Part shown: in pieces, positions 8,507 through 18,000 of the stretch
Layout: every line of letters begins with the position of its first letter
Numbering within the stretch: the first letter of the stretch is position 1
Source: Acidilobaceae archaeon
GTDB taxonomy: Archaea; Thermoproteota; Thermoprotei_A; Sulfolobales; Acidilobaceae
Assembly: GCA_038897215.1 (NCBI GenBank)
Contig: JAWAWX010000001.1
Coordinates: forward strand, 384,001 to 448,000
Length of the DNA: 64,000 nt
Direction of reading: 5' to 3'
Made by a program: the position numbers and the translations under genes
The notes under the pieces: model-generated
Told to the model about the DNA's origin: nothing
Database searches by the model: none
Seen by the model: the letters and a program-made list of their open reading frames with translations, nothing else

Positions 8507-10177
8507 TTGGGAATTTTTCGAAGACTAGTAGCCAAGAAGCTCAGCAGAGTGGTCATCGCCATACCTAAAGACGTTTACATGAGAGCACTAATTAGAATAG
8601 CCTCAGAGGGGCTACTCCATCTTGAGGAGCCCTCTCGCTCTCTCCCGGGAAAGCCGTCACCCCGCTTTAGAGAAGCGTTCACCAAGGCTTCTGAGAAGGT
8701 ATCGAAAGCACTCACCTACATGGAGGCTATTGGCTTAAAGCCTGAATTCAGGAAAGTCTCTATAGCGGTTAGGGGAGACTGCCTAGCAGCCTTTAGCAGA
8801 ACTCTCTCCGAGTACGAGAAGTACGAAGCGCGATTTGATGCTCTAGCTCAAGAAGTCTCTGCTCTAGGAGGAGCTCATGCCGTAGAGTCTTCTCAGCTAC
8901 CTAGAGGCATTGTAGAGAAGCTCTACGAGTACTACACTGTCATGTATGCTTTTAGAGAACTCTTCAGAATGCTAGCTCACGGAGTCGAATCCAGCACCTT
9001 CTTCTTCGTAGAAGGCTACGTTGACGACGAGGAGCTCCCGAAACTAACCAGGATCCTCGACGAGGAGACAGGCGGAGCTTACGCTATCGTGAGAATGAGG
9101 TGGGGTAGAGGGCACGTGGTCGAGGCTACTCCCGTCAAGCTAGAGCTACCTCCTATCATAAGCTCGTTCCACGAGATCACCAGAATGTATGGTGAGCCAC
9201 GACCGGGCGAGATTGTGCCCACGATTTTTCTAGCAGTAACGTTCCCCGTAGCTTTCGCTCTAATGTTCCCCGACGCTGGCCACGGCCTCGTTCTAGTGCT
9301 ACTAGGGCTACTGTTCTCTAGGAGGAGCAAGGTGTGGAGAGACATATTCGTAGTAGTAGGCTTGGCTGCCTTCATATCCGGGCTCCTAGCCGGAGAGTTC
9401 TTCGGGCCTCTAGGCGGGCACTTACTAGAGAAGCTCTTCGGCTGGATTAGCCCCATTCCTCCTCTAGCTCTCCCGACTTACGCTATAGAGAAGGGGCTTG
9501 GTAGCGAGGTCGTTTTCGACCTGCTTATTGGAGTCATAGTGAGAGGGCTGTGGTTCGGAGCATTCATGCTATCATTCGGCTCGCTGCTAGGCGTCTTAAA
9601 CGCCTGGCTCTCAGAGAGTATCTACGAGCTACTGGGCTTCAGGCTACCCAAGTTCCTCCTTTTCAGCTCCATAGCCTTAGCGGTCTTCACAGTCCCTCTA
9701 GCTCCTCACCTAGCTACGCTAGTCGTGGCGCTAGCAGCTGGGGGGGCTCTGGTCGCGATAGCCTGGCTCTTCTTCCTAGCTCCAGTCATCGGTGTTCTCT
9801 CTGGCCACGAGGTCGGAGAGTCGATAGTAGAGGGGGTCATGGAGGGCTTCGATACGATTATAATGGCTATGGGTAATCTGCCGAGCTTCTTGAGGATAGT
9901 AGCTCTAGCGCTAGCTCACTCAGTCATCATGCTCAGCTTCACGTTCATCTACCACACTCTAGCTGAGTTCGGGCTCTTTGGCAGCATAGCAGGCCTCATA
10001 CTCTACGTGGGCGGTAACGTGATAGCTTTAGCTATAGAGGGCATCATAGTCTTCGCTCATGCCATCAGGCTACACTTCTACGAGTGGTTCTCAAAGTTCT
10101 ACTACGGCGGAGGCCTCCCATTCACTCCCGTATCCACACCCCCAGTCTTCGCTATCGAGGAGAGCTCTCAAGACTAA
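8507..10177 (+). CDS. atpI: A/V-type ATP synthase subunit I (a), short form
   Basis: MYGEPRPGEIVPT, FALMFPDAGHG, GEFFG, SFLRIVALALAH (essential Arg), IRLHFYEWFSKFY. Confidence 0.92.
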   Translation: MGIFRRLVAKKLSRVVIAIPKDVYMRALIRIASEGLLHLEEPSRSLPGKPSPRFREAFTKASEKVSKALTYMEAIGLKPEFRKVSIAVRGDCLAAFSRTLSEYEKYEARFDALAQEVSALGGAHAVESSQLPRGIVEKLYEYYTVMYAFRELFRMLAHGVESSTFFFVEGYVDDEELPKLTRILDEETGGAYAIVRMRWGRGHVVEATPVKLELPPIISSFHEITRMYGEPRPGEIVPTIFLAVTFPVAFALMFPDAGHGLVLVLLGLLFSRRSKVWRDIFVVVGLAAFISGLLAGEFFGPLGGHLLEKLFGWISPIPPLALPTYAIEKGLGSEVVFDLLIGVIVRGLWFGAFMLSFGSLLGVLNAWLSESIYELLGFRLPKFLLFSSIALAVFTVPLAPHLATLVVALAAGGALVAIAWLFFLAPVIGVLSGHEVGESIVEGVMEGFDTIIMAMGNLPSFLRIVALALAHSVIMLSFTFIYHTLAEFGLFGSIAGLILYVGGNVIALAIEGIIVFAHAIRLHFYEWFSKFYYGGGLPFTPVSTPPVFAIEESSQD

Positions 10178-10275
10178 ATCTAGCCGTTTCTCCGCCAGCT
10201 CTAATCTACATCGCGAGAGCCGAGCGGCTCGCCAACCCTATAGCCTTCGAGAGATCTCGAGGCTGGGAGTCTGGG

Positions 10276-11508
10276 CTGGCGCGAGTAGACCCCAGGCTCT
10301 GCGTTCTGTGCAGAGGCAGAGGTCTCTGCGGGCTAGCGTACTGCCCCGCTCTAGCTAGGGCTCGAGCTCTCGTTAAGCTCGCTCCGCTCACCGAGACTAG
10401 AGTGGTGGAAGGCTCGAGCCCCCCATCGGTCTTCGTTGGCAGAGTCGGCTACCCTAGAGTGAGCGTGGGCCCCGCTACTCCACCCGAGGCTGGAGACACG
10501 CGGGTCTTCGACTACCCGGAGCTCTGGCTTGGGAGGAGGCTCGATGAGGTCATAGGATTCAGGCTGAGCCTAGTCTACGGGTCTAGCTTGGCTGACGTGG
10601 CTAAAGCCGGGGGGCTCGTCGAAGAGCTTAGGCTACTAGCGCTCAGCTCTAGGCCCGTAGACGTGGTGATGGTCTTGGCGAAGCCCCCCAAGCCCCGGGT
10701 AGGCTTGAGCGAGGAGCTGCCGCCGATGGGGCCCAGGTCTCCTCTAGAGAAGCTCGTCGTCAAGAGCAATCCCTCTGTCCCGAAGCCTCTCGAGAAGGCG
10801 TACTCGGACACAGACCTCAGAGCTACTGACGCTGTCTGGATGCTCTACAAAGAAGGAGTCCCCGTATCGCACATACAGAGAGTCTTCAGCGTTGGAGCAC
10901 TCGGGCTCGGGAGAGCTAGGAGGCTCGTGCCGACTAGGTGGAGCATAACAGCGGTAGACTCGATAGTCTCCGAGAAGCTGAAGGAGAGAGTCAGAGAGTA
11001 CAGCGAGGTCGATAAGATAGAGGTCTACATCCACAGAGGCTACGACAACCTCTTCCTAGCGATACTCTACCCGAGGAGGTGGAGCTTCGAGTGGATGGAG
11101 GCCTGGTGGCCTGGCTCCACGTGGAACCCGTTCGGAGGCGAGGTCGTAGTCGAGGGGGATTACGAACTCTACTCGGGGAGGAGAGACTACCCGGGCATCG
11201 GGGGGTGCTACTACGCCAGCATGCTCGCCGCTCTAGAGCACCTGGAGGAGAGGAGGAGGCAGGCCGCCGTGGTAATGCTGAGAGAGATATACCCGGGCTT
11301 CGATATACCGATAGGAGTCTGGTTCGTTAGAGAGATGGCTAGAGCCATGTTTAGAAGAGGCCCGGTTCTGAGAGCCGAGAGCTTGGACGAGGTGGCCGAG
11401 CTGGTCGATAGAGAGACGAGGCTGGGCTGGAGGCGGTGGCTTAGAGCATCGAGGCTCCTCAAGGCTCTGGCTTCAGAGAGGAGCCTAGATGACTATCTAC
11501 GAGGCTAG
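10276..11508 (+). CDS. nreA: Nre family DNA repair protein with C-terminal PIP box
   Basis: CxxCxG...CG...CP, GSSPPSVFVGRVGYP, RRLVPTRWSITAVD, GGCYYA, GVWFVRE, terminal ERSLDDYL. Start probably CTG 10276, because the track start overlaps atpI. Confidence 0.9.
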   Translation: MARVDPRLCVLCRGRGLCGLAYCPALARARALVKLAPLTETRVVEGSSPPSVFVGRVGYPRVSVGPATPPEAGDTRVFDYPELWLGRRLDEVIGFRLSLVYGSSLADVAKAGGLVEELRLLALSSRPVDVVMVLAKPPKPRVGLSEELPPMGPRSPLEKLVVKSNPSVPKPLEKAYSDTDLRATDAVWMLYKEGVPVSHIQRVFSVGALGLGRARRLVPTRWSITAVDSIVSEKLKERVREYSEVDKIEVYIHRGYDNLFLAILYPRRWSFEWMEAWWPGSTWNPFGGEVVVEGDYELYSGRRDYPGIGGCYYASMLAALEHLEERRRQAAVVMLREIYPGFDIPIGVWFVREMARAMFRRGPVLRAESLDEVAELVDRETRLGWRRWLRASRLLKALASERSLDDYLRG

Positions 11509-12319
11509 GAGACTCGGCAGGATAACAGTGCTAGTCGAGAGAGTAGAGAGAGCTCTAACTAGAACAGGGCTGCCAGACATAGACTATGCTCTCAACCCCT
11601 ACTCCGGTTGCTCTCACGGTTGCATCTACTGCTACGCTCGGCTCTACGTGAGTGATGCGAGAGTGAGAGAAAACTGGGGCTCGGTTGTTGCCGCTAGAGT
11701 GAACATTCATAGAGTGCTTGAGAGAGAGACTAGGAGACTCTCTCCGGGGCTCGTGGGGGTAGGGACTGTGACAGACCCCTACCAGCCCGTCGAGTCTCTA
11801 TTCAGGCTAACCAGGAGGAGCCTAGAGGTCCTCCTATCGAGAGGCTTCCGTGCCAGCATTCAGACAAAGAACCCTATGGTCTTGAGGGACCTCGATATCC
11901 TGGAGTCTAGGAGAGAGTTCGTAGACGTGGGCTTCACGATAACCACTCTGGATTGGAGTGTCTCCAAGACCATAGAGCCGCACGCTCCACCCCCTCTAGC
12001 TAGAGTGAGAGCTCTTGAAGAGCTCTCGCGGAGAGGTGTTGAGACGTGGGTTTTCTACGGCCCGGTGATACCCGGAGTGAACGACGACCCGGAGACCGCG
12101 AGGTCTATAGCCGAGGTCGCTGCCAGAACGGGGTCAGTGCTCTACGTAGACCCTCTCAGAGTCAAGCCGTTTATGCTGAGCGAGGAGCACCCATTGCGAG
12201 AAGCAGCGCTCAGAGCTAGGAGCAGGAAGTGGCTCAGAGAGCTACATGAGACAGTGGCTAGACTCTGTAGAGAGTACGGGCTGGAGTGTAGAGAGGGGTT
12301 TACAGCAAGCCCTCTCTAG
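11489..12319 (+). CDS. Radical SAM protein, spore photoproduct lyase-like family
   Basis: LNPYSGCSHGCIYCYA, VTDPYQPVE, TKNPMVLRDLD, IEPHAPPP. Overlaps the end of nre. Confidence 0.9.
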   Translation: MTIYEARRLGRITVLVERVERALTRTGLPDIDYALNPYSGCSHGCIYCYARLYVSDARVRENWGSVVAARVNIHRVLERETRRLSPGLVGVGTVTDPYQPVESLFRLTRRSLEVLLSRGFRASIQTKNPMVLRDLDILESRREFVDVGFTITTLDWSVSKTIEPHAPPPLARVRALEELSRRGVETWVFYGPVIPGVNDDPETARSIAEVAARTGSVLYVDPLRVKPFMLSEEHPLREAALRARSRKWLRELHETVARLCREYGLECREGFTASPL

Positions 12320-12324
12320 AAGCA

Positions 12325-12867
12325 TCAGCCGCCTCTCCTCAGGTACCAGCCTAAGTCGCGGATAGGCGTAGCCATCCTCTCCCCGCTCTTCTCGACTCCT
12401 CGAGCCCAGCCTAGAGGCTCTCCTCTAGCGTTCACGACGACCGCTACTCCTCTAGCCCACTCTACTAGATGGCGTTCTCTGAGAGTTCTCCCGTAGAGGA
12501 ACCTCTTCTCTCCGGCCTCGTTGACCACTATGCACTTCACTCTCTCGCCGCAGAGCTCTGAGAGCCTCCTGGCTAGAGGGAGGCCTGGCTTGAACCTGCC
12601 TTTCTCAACGTAGCCTAGGTAGAGCCCGGCTGCGTAGTGTGAGGGAAGGAGCTCGAGGACTTCTAGAGCCCACTCTGGGACGTCGAAGAGCTCCACGTAC
12701 CTAGCTCCGGGGACCTCTAGAGCCATCGGGTTAGCCGCTACCTCCTCGAGAGATAAACCCATGCTTGAGAGGAATCTCTCGAGAGCTCTCCGCTCCCCGC
12801 TCTTCAAGCGCCTCAAGCGAGGCCCGCGCGCTCTCTGAGCAGAGGGCTCTGCTGCCTGAGGGGTCAC
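12325..12867 (-). CDS. NIP7-like PUA-domain ribosome biogenesis protein
   Basis: AGLYLG, GEKRFLYGR, VVVNARGEPLGW, DLGWYLRRGG. Start at GTG overlapping the stop of the m5C methyltransferase gene. Confidence 0.8.
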   Translation of the reverse strand: MTPQAAEPSAQRARGPRLRRLKSGERRALERFLSSMGLSLEEVAANPMALEVPGARYVELFDVPEWALEVLELLPSHYAAGLYLGYVEKGRFKPGLPLARRLSELCGERVKCIVVNEAGEKRFLYGRTLRERHLVEWARGVAVVVNARGEPLGWARGVEKSGERMATPIRDLGWYLRRGG

Positions 12868-13859
12868 CGCCTCTCCCTGGCTAGCATGCAGACAAAGAAG
12901 CCCTCGTAGCCCTGGATGTGAGGCCATAGCCTCCCGCAGTGAGCGAGCCGTGGGTCTAGCTCCACGCCCCTGTAGCTAGTCACTCCTCTAGAGAGCACTG
13001 GGTGCTCTAGCCTGACTACTGTCGCGTCACTGCGGGATTCTAGGACCTTGTGCACGACGTACTCTCCCTCTTCTACAGCAGTGGAGCACGCAGCGTAGAG
13101 CACCACGCCTCCTTCTCTCAGTAGTCTGAGTGCTTTCTCGAGTAGCCTCACTTGTAGCTCGTGCATTCTCCTGATGTCCTCAAGCCTCCCTCTCTTCTTC
13201 CTGCTCGGGTCCTTCCTGATGACTCCCTCTCCCGAGCTGGGAGCATCGAGAAGTATCCTGTCTGCTTTGAGTTCCTCGGGGAGGCTTAGAGCATCTGCTC
13301 TCACGAGCACGAAGCTCTTGAACCCCATTCTCTGAAGGTGAGACCTGAGGCTCCTCATCCTGAGTCTAGACTTCTCGACTGCTATCAGTCTAGCCTTGTC
13401 TCTGGTGAGTTGCAGTATCTGAGTCGCCTTGCCCCCAGGGGCTGCGCACATATCGATGATTAGTTCTCCAGGCTTGGGGTCTAGGAGGTAGCCTGCTAGC
13501 ATAGAGCCTGGGTCCTGGACGTAGTAGTAGCCGAGGAGGTACTCGTGTGTAGCCCCTACGCTGATAGGAGCGGAGGAGACCTCGTAGCCGTGGGGGAGCC
13601 ACTCGATCCTCCTCAGCTCGAAGCCCTTGGCTTCGAGTCTCGCCTCTAGCTCTGAGCAGTCTACCAGGTAGTCGTTGCACCTGATCGTCTCAGGGAGGGG
13701 CTTCTCGTTAGCCTCGAGGACTCTCTCGGCTTCGCTCACTCCTACCGCCTCCACTAGCCTGTAGACTATGCTGGGCTCGTATCCGTACCTTTGGGAGAGC
13801 TCTAGCACCTCTCTCGTGAACTCGTAGGGAGCGAATACTCTGGAGTCGAGACCGCTCAC
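12864..13859 (-). CDS. RsmB/NOP2 family RNA m5C methyltransferase (motif IV Cys replaced by Ser)
   Basis: YYYVQD, IDMCAAPGGKATQI, ILLDAPSSGEG, LYAACS, EGFF. Confidence 0.93.
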   Translation of the reverse strand: MSGLDSRVFAPYEFTREVLELSQRYGYEPSIVYRLVEAVGVSEAERVLEANEKPLPETIRCNDYLVDCSELEARLEAKGFELRRIEWLPHGYEVSSAPISVGATHEYLLGYYYVQDPGSMLAGYLLDPKPGELIIDMCAAPGGKATQILQLTRDKARLIAVEKSRLRMRSLRSHLQRMGFKSFVLVRADALSLPEELKADRILLDAPSSGEGVIRKDPSRKKRGRLEDIRRMHELQVRLLEKALRLLREGGVVLYAACSTAVEEGEYVVHKVLESRSDATVVRLEHPVLSRGVTSYRGVELDPRLAHCGRLWPHIQGYEGFFVCMLARERR

Positions 13860-13864
13860 TGAGC

Positions 13865-14944
13865 CTAGCCCTCTATGACTCCGACAGTGCTCGCTAGCCT
13901 GTAGGCTACATCGTAGTCTATCTGCTTGTCTCCGAGTATAGTGTACCTCTCCGGTCTTATCGTAGGAGCTATGGATATCGCTTCTACTAGCTCCTCATCG
14001 GTCACCCCCAGCTCTCTAGCTGTTGTCGGGAGCCCCACGCTCTTGAGGACACTCTTGACTCTCCTCCAGTTCATCCCGTGGAGGCTAGCCGCTATGATCG
14101 TGCCTACCGCTACCGCCTCCCCGTGGAGAGGAGGCTTTCTAGCCGTCAGTGCTAGCGCGTGAGCTATGAGGTGCTCCGAGCCGCTAGCCGGCCTGGAGCT
14201 ACCGGCTATGCACATAGCTATCCCGCTACTTATCAGTCCCTCCACGAGGACTCTGAGCCCCTCCACGCTACCGCTAGCTACCTCTCTATGCTTGCTTATA
14301 GCGTGCCTAGCGCTAGTCAGAGATATCGTGGCTGAGTACTCCCCGTAGTACTCCCCCTTGAGCAAGCTGGCTAGCCTCCAGTCTCTCACAGCCGTGATTT
14401 TTCCGACGAGGTCCCCGAAGCCAGCCACATTGTACCTCCTCGGAGCTCTAGCCACAGCGTCTACATCAACTAGGATCACGTCGGGGGGCTTCGCGGGCTT
14501 CGACACAGGCCTCTCGAAGCCCTTGAGGCTAGCGTAGGGAGAAGCTATACCATCGTGGCTCGTCGCTGTAGGTATGCTGACAAAGAACCTCTTAGAGAGC
14601 TTGGCCGCGTACTTAGCCACATCTATAGACTTGCCTCCACCAAAGCCTACTATCACCTCCACAGAGCTGTCTACCTCCTGAGCTACAGTCATAGCCGCAT
14701 CCAAGCTAGCCTCTGTGACCACGAAATCCCAAACGCTGAGCCCCTCGTCTTCGAGAGCCTGCTTGAGAGCAGGGTAGAGAGACTCTCTCACGTTGGGGCC
14801 CGTGACGACGAGAACGCCGAGACTCCTCCTCCCGAAAGCGTCTACAAGGTAGGAGCCAGTCTTCTCCAAGACTCCGTAGCCGACGACTACTCTCTTAGGC
14901 AAGTCTATCTGGTGCTCTCTCGAAGCCCGCCACTCCAACTCCAC
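13865..14944 (-). CDS. egsA: sn-glycerol-1-phosphate dehydrogenase
   Basis: GGGKSIDVAK, PTATSHDGIASP, SSRPASGSEH, LHGE, IRPERYTILG. Confidence 0.97.
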   Translation of the reverse strand: MELEWRASREHQIDLPKRVVVGYGVLEKTGSYLVDAFGRRSLGVLVVTGPNVRESLYPALKQALEDEGLSVWDFVVTEASLDAAMTVAQEVDSSVEVIVGFGGGKSIDVAKYAAKLSKRFFVSIPTATSHDGIASPYASLKGFERPVSKPAKPPDVILVDVDAVARAPRRYNVAGFGDLVGKITAVRDWRLASLLKGEYYGEYSATISLTSARHAISKHREVASGSVEGLRVLVEGLISSGIAMCIAGSSRPASGSEHLIAHALALTARKPPLHGEAVAVGTIIAASLHGMNWRRVKSVLKSVGLPTTARELGVTDEELVEAISIAPTIRPERYTILGDKQIDYDVAYRLASTVGVIEG

Positions 14945-15047
14945 GCCCGCCGGGCTTATAGCAAGCCGGAGAGCTAATAGAGCTCACCTGAGACTCCCCC
15001 CCTAAAGCCCCGGGGCTTGAGAGCTGTCTCCCGGGACTGGCTTCGTA

Positions 15048-18000
15048 TTGGAGGCTCTGATAGCCGCGGTCGTCTTAGCGGGCTCAGCGAGCCTGCTACG
15101 GGAAGCGCTCTCTGCTCTAGTAGCGTCTAGACTGGCTAGTGTCAGGGAGCCGGGAGCCGTCTCTCTCGCTAAGTCCAGGCTAGTGAGGCTTGCCTCGAGC
15201 TCGCTGAGCATCGAGGCCGCGGTAGCCGGGGCTCTAGCCGAGAGAGGGCTCTTCGGAGAGCTGGCTGAAGCGTGCTCCCACACCGAGGGGCTCCACGCTC
15301 TCTGCTCGGTCGCAAGGTCGGGAGCGGCTGTCGTAGCCGTAGACTTCGAGGAGTGGCCGGGCTCCTGCGGTGTCTCTATCCTCTCCCGGGAGAGAGCTCT
15401 CGCCTCCATCGAGCTCTCTCCCTGCTCTCCTGCTATTCTAGCGAGTGAGATGAAGCCGGGAGCCGTCGTAGCCTACGACTGGAGGAGAGCTCCTCGAGAG
15501 CTCGCGAGCCACGCTAGAGCCCGCGGGCTCAGGCTACTCAGCCTTCTCGACCTAGCTCCTCTGGCTCTCCCGGGGGAGCCAAGCTACTCTCTCAGCAGGC
15601 TCGCCTTCATCCTCGGCCTGGACTACGATGAATCCCCCCGGGGGAGGGCTAGAGCTGTTCTCCTCTCGTCTCTGAGGCTAGCTGGGGCTCTCTCAGCTCT
15701 AGGGCTCTGCTGGAGGCTAGCCGGTAGCGAGCCCTGGCTGGAGGGCCTCGCTACTCTCTGCGACTACGCTGAGGCAGAGGCTCCGGCTAGGAGAGCGGGG
15801 CCCGTGGCGCTCTCTGGGGCCGATGTTGTCGTGACGCCGCGCCTCCTCGACTCCTGCTCTCCTCTACACTGGACTCCCCGGAAGCTGGCGAGAGGCTCAA
15901 GCGAGCTCTCTGGAGCTCTAGGAGCTCTATTTAGGGTAGCTGGAGCCCGCGGGGTCTGTAGCGAGAGAGAAGTGCTCGAGTCTATCAGAGCGTCTCCGGC
16001 TATGAGCGAGAGCCTCTCGCTACCGGATACTGTCTGGGAGGAGGGGGGGCTCTCGCTCCCTCTGGTGGCTCACTGCAGAGACGCTCTAGCGCTGGCAGAG
16101 CTCTTGGAGAAGAGGGGAGCCAAGCTCGGGCTCGTCTTCGTCGAGGCTGCTCACGCCTGCGTTGCGCTAGCCGGAGTGGGGGTCGCGGAGCTCCTCTCTG
16201 CTCTCTCGAGAGTCTCTAGGAGGCTGTGGGTTAGCGTCGCTGACGCTAGCGATGTGCCTCACTACGCTGAGCTAGCTGGCTTTAGAGAGGCCCCCGTCTA
16301 CGTGGTGAAAGGAGCGGGAGACCTGAGCTCTCTCGAGACGAGGAGGGTCTTCGAGCTCGCCTACTCGCTAGCAGACTCAGGCTCCTGCGTTCTGGCAACG
16401 ACCCCCGCGTCTAGGCTCTCGAGTCTAGAGCTCGGCCTGAGAGTAGTGGAGAGACTGGAGGACGCTGCGGAGTGCTCTAGAGTCGTTGTGCCCACAGTGA
16501 GCGACCTCAGAGAGCTCGCCTCGAGACACGGAGTGAGCTTAAAGCACGCTCTAGTAGCGTTGCTAGAGCTCACTCAAGACCGGCTCGTCGTGGTCAGCGG
16601 TTGGAGAGAGCTCTCTCAGCACGCGAGTCTCAGAGAGCTCGAAGTCGAGCCAGCGGGGCTCGGGCTGGCTGTTGCGCCAGCGCTCTTCTCGAGCCCCCGG
16701 AAGGCTCTAGCTGAGGTGGAAAGAGCCGCTAGAGAGAAGTGGGGTCTGGAGCTTCGCCCGTACCAGAAGAGGATAGCTTTGTACATGCTGGAGCCCTACG
16801 TGAGAGGCCGCGGCTACGAGAAGCCCACTGTCATAGCCCTTCTGCCTACGGGAGCAGGCAAGTCGCTCGTATTCCAGAGCGTCTCCGTAGCGCTCCATAG
16901 AGCCTCAGGGAGGCCCGCGCTCGTGGTGTCGCCTCTCCTGGCTCTCATAGAGGACCAGATCGAGGGGCTGGAGAGAGCCGGTGTGAGAGTGTGCAGGCTG
17001 GACGGCATGGCTGAGCCCGCTGAGAGACTGGAGTGCTTGAGGAGAGCCGCTGGGGGGGAGGTTGAGATAGTCTACTCGACCCCGGAGCAGGTGGAGAAGA
17101 GTGAGGCTAGGAGGCTAGTCGAGAGCGGCTTCTTCAGCCTCATAGTCTTAGACGAGGCTCACTGCGCTATACGCTGGGGCTACACGTTCAGGCCTGCTTA
17201 CGCTCACGCTCTCTCATTCATCAAGAGAGTGAGAGACGAGAAGCCGTGGCTCCCCGTAGCCGCGTTCACTGCTACCCTCTCGGAGAGCGAGTTGAGGAAG
17301 CTTGCTGAAGAGCTGGGAGTAGGAGAGTTCGAGGTCGTAGAGGGGAGGGAGGCGCTCGAGGAGCCCGTGGCTCTAAGCGGGAGACCCAAGGTCGTCAAGA
17401 GCGCTGTCTTGAGGAGCAACCTGAGGCTGAGAGCTGTCAGAGCCCCTCCTTCGGCTAAGCTGAGAGCTCTAGTCGAGATAGTCTCGGAGCTGAGAGAGTG
17501 GGCTGAGGAGAGCGGAGGAGAGCCCTGGATAGGCCTAGTCTTCGTGCCCTATGTGAGCCCTTCGAGAGAAGAGGAGAGCGCTGAGAGCATAGCGAGACTC
17601 CTCGAGAGAGAGCTGGAAGAGGAAGTCTTAGTGTACCACGGGCAGATGCCGAAGAGAGAGAGGAGTAGAGCCCTTGATGCTCTGAGGTCTGTTGCTCGCG
17701 GGGAGAGGAGCTCTCCGAGGATCGTTGTGGCGACCAAGGCTTTCGGGATGGGGGTAGACATACCTTGCATAAGATGGGTAGTCCACTACATGATGAGCGA
17801 GAGCGTGGAGGACTACTACCAGGAAGTTGGGAGAGCTGGGAGAGACGGGAGAGAAGCAGTCTGCATCCTGATCCACTCGGGTAGAAGCGATTTCAAGAAG
17901 AGGCTCTCGCTGAGCCGGAGGCAACACCCAAGGCTCAAGGTAGTCGAGGCTCTCTGGGCGCTCGCTATGAGAGCAGTCGAGAAGACAGGCTCTAGGAGAG

